The notes beneath the pieces are model-generated. The model saw only the letters and a program-made list of their open reading frames with translations. It did no database searches and was not told where the DNA came from. From positions 6,190,448 to 6,254,447 of the forward strand of contig BDGG01000002.1 of NCBI GenBank assembly GCA_001949185.1: a stretch of 64,000 nucleotides of DNA, read 5' to 3'. Shown one piece after another: positions 62,901 through 64,000 of this stretch (position 1 is the first letter of the stretch; the number at the start of each line of letters is the position of its first letter). The stretch is from Ramazzottius varieornatus (Eukaryota; Animalia; Tardigrada). A program made the translations under genes and the position numbers.

Positions 62901-64000
62901 CCCTTCTCCATACCTTCAGGTAGTTGCGTGCGTGTAATGACGCTTTCCTTGGCTGTTACGGTGATCACACACCTTGTCACGTCTTCGCCCAGTTCGTTCA
63001 AGGCTCTAAAATATGACATTTTCCGTGTCGGATAGAAGTGAAACTGAAATGACCAGAAGGACGGCTGAAAACTTACCGTGCGACGTACTGACCGCTATCC
63101 TCGGCGTACACGTACAGAATGTCCAGAGCCACGTACCCAAAGTCATTTACCATCTTGAAACGATGTCCAGCTCGGAGTGGGATATTGTTGTGGTACCACT
63201 CGATCGTACAGTCGAACGGCTCGACGCGGCAATCGAGGTGAATGGTGTTACCTGCAATTGATAAACTCAGTTACATCCCGAAAAAAATAATGAGGAATCT
63301 GGAAAGAAAGTTACCTTCAGTAGCTTGGACATTTTGAGTTAATTGGGTAGTGAAGCGAGGTGGAAACTTCTGCACTGGCTTTTCTTCCGCCATAGGCGCC
63401 GATGGCATTTCCAGCTCTCGAAGTCGTTGCATATTGGCGCCACCTGGTACTTGAGACTCCAGATAGATGGACTTCTGACTGTGAACAATCAAGTTGGTCT
63501 TTGTCTCAGCCACACCGACGGACGTTCTGGCCCGGCAGGTGATTTCTCCGGAATCTTCAACGGTGACACCGTTGATGTCCAGCACAACGAACCCAAAGTC
63601 ATTAATGCTTCTGATACGCGAGCCCGTAACTATTGGTCTGCCATTCCGCATCCATTCGACCATGGCGTTTCTTGGTTCTATCCTGGCTTCGAAATGGGCG
63701 GTCTCGCCTTCGTTCAGTTCCATACGGTGAGTTAACTGGCTTGTAAAACGAGGAAGCTCGTCGGGTTGCTCCACTGTGGTGTCTGGTAAAGGCTGGTTGG
63801 ACATTTCCAGTTCTTGGATTTTCTGGAGACTGGCGGGTTGAGAAGAGTCGTAAACGACGCTCTTCGATGTGAGAACCTTCAAGTTGACGTCGGAACGAGC
63901 TTCGCCAAGCTCATTTCGAGCCACACACCTGTAAAATCAGGGAAGATGAAGATGTGCGGGCTTACTGCATCCTACATCAACTAACTCTTCGTTGGATTAT
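59926..64000 (-). CDS. sls: 3' end of a titin-family Ig-repeat muscle protein (kettin/sallimus-like); 5' part lies beyond the right edge
   Basis: Kettin-type Ig+linker repeats (PRFTSQL...EGETAHFEARIEP...GSRIRSINDFGFVVLDI...EDSGEITCRA; NDFGYVALDILYVYAEDSG), further I-set Ig domains, a Gln/Pro-rich linker and three terminal Ig domains. The predicted last exon ends ...AAADLQ* at 59926 (end less certain). Confidence 0.88.
61949..61993 (-). repeat. Coding CAA/CAG repeat (Gln15) in the titin-like gene
   Basis: Mixed CAA/CAG codons, translated as a Q run in ORF 61103..63019. Confidence 0.9.
62186..62215 (-). repeat. Coding CAG/CAA repeat (Gln10) in the titin-like gene
   Basis: (CAG)3(CAA)7 on the minus strand, in frame. 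Confidence 0.9.

Noticed and set aside
907-63735. Numerous antisense or alternate-frame ORFs in the ORF track (e.g. 1640..2041, 13127..13483, 42684..43316, 62336..62890)
   Set aside because: They are shadows of real coding exons on the opposite strand or in another frame, with no independent protein features.

Overview
Eukaryotic (animal) genomic DNA from a very compact, intron-dense genome. Most introns are 55-120 nt GT-AG, and about 12 genes fit in 64 kb. The gene set (kettin/sallimus-type titin, shavenoid-like, arthropod-type stardust N-terminus) points to an ecdysozoan; a tardigrade-like genome is my inference and is unverified. The ORF track fragments most genes, so I reassembled them by reading splice sites. 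In order: 5' part of an unknown acidic/Ser-rich protein (-), FRMD4-like FERM protein (+), an orphan 231-aa type I membrane protein (-), PLCXD-type PI-PLC (-), a (CCTTA)n microsatellite and a 63-bp-arm inverted repeat, XPC (+), shavenoid-like (-), an IP3 receptor (+), dystroglycan (+), BUD13 (-), stardust/PALS1/MPP5 with an extra N-terminal PDZ (-), SOWAH-like ankyrin protein (-), PSTK (+), and the 3' end of a kettin/sallimus-like Ig-repeat gene (-). I found no prokaryotic-type system, tRNA/rRNA gene, CRISPR array or autonomous transposon. I cannot support a wholly new multi-gene system. The best leads are the orphan membrane protein 112 nt behind PLCXD, the altered C-termini of XPC and dystroglycan, the Gln/Pro-rich linker in the titin-like protein, and two hairpin/MITE-like elements. 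All family assignments are from recalled motifs, not database searches.
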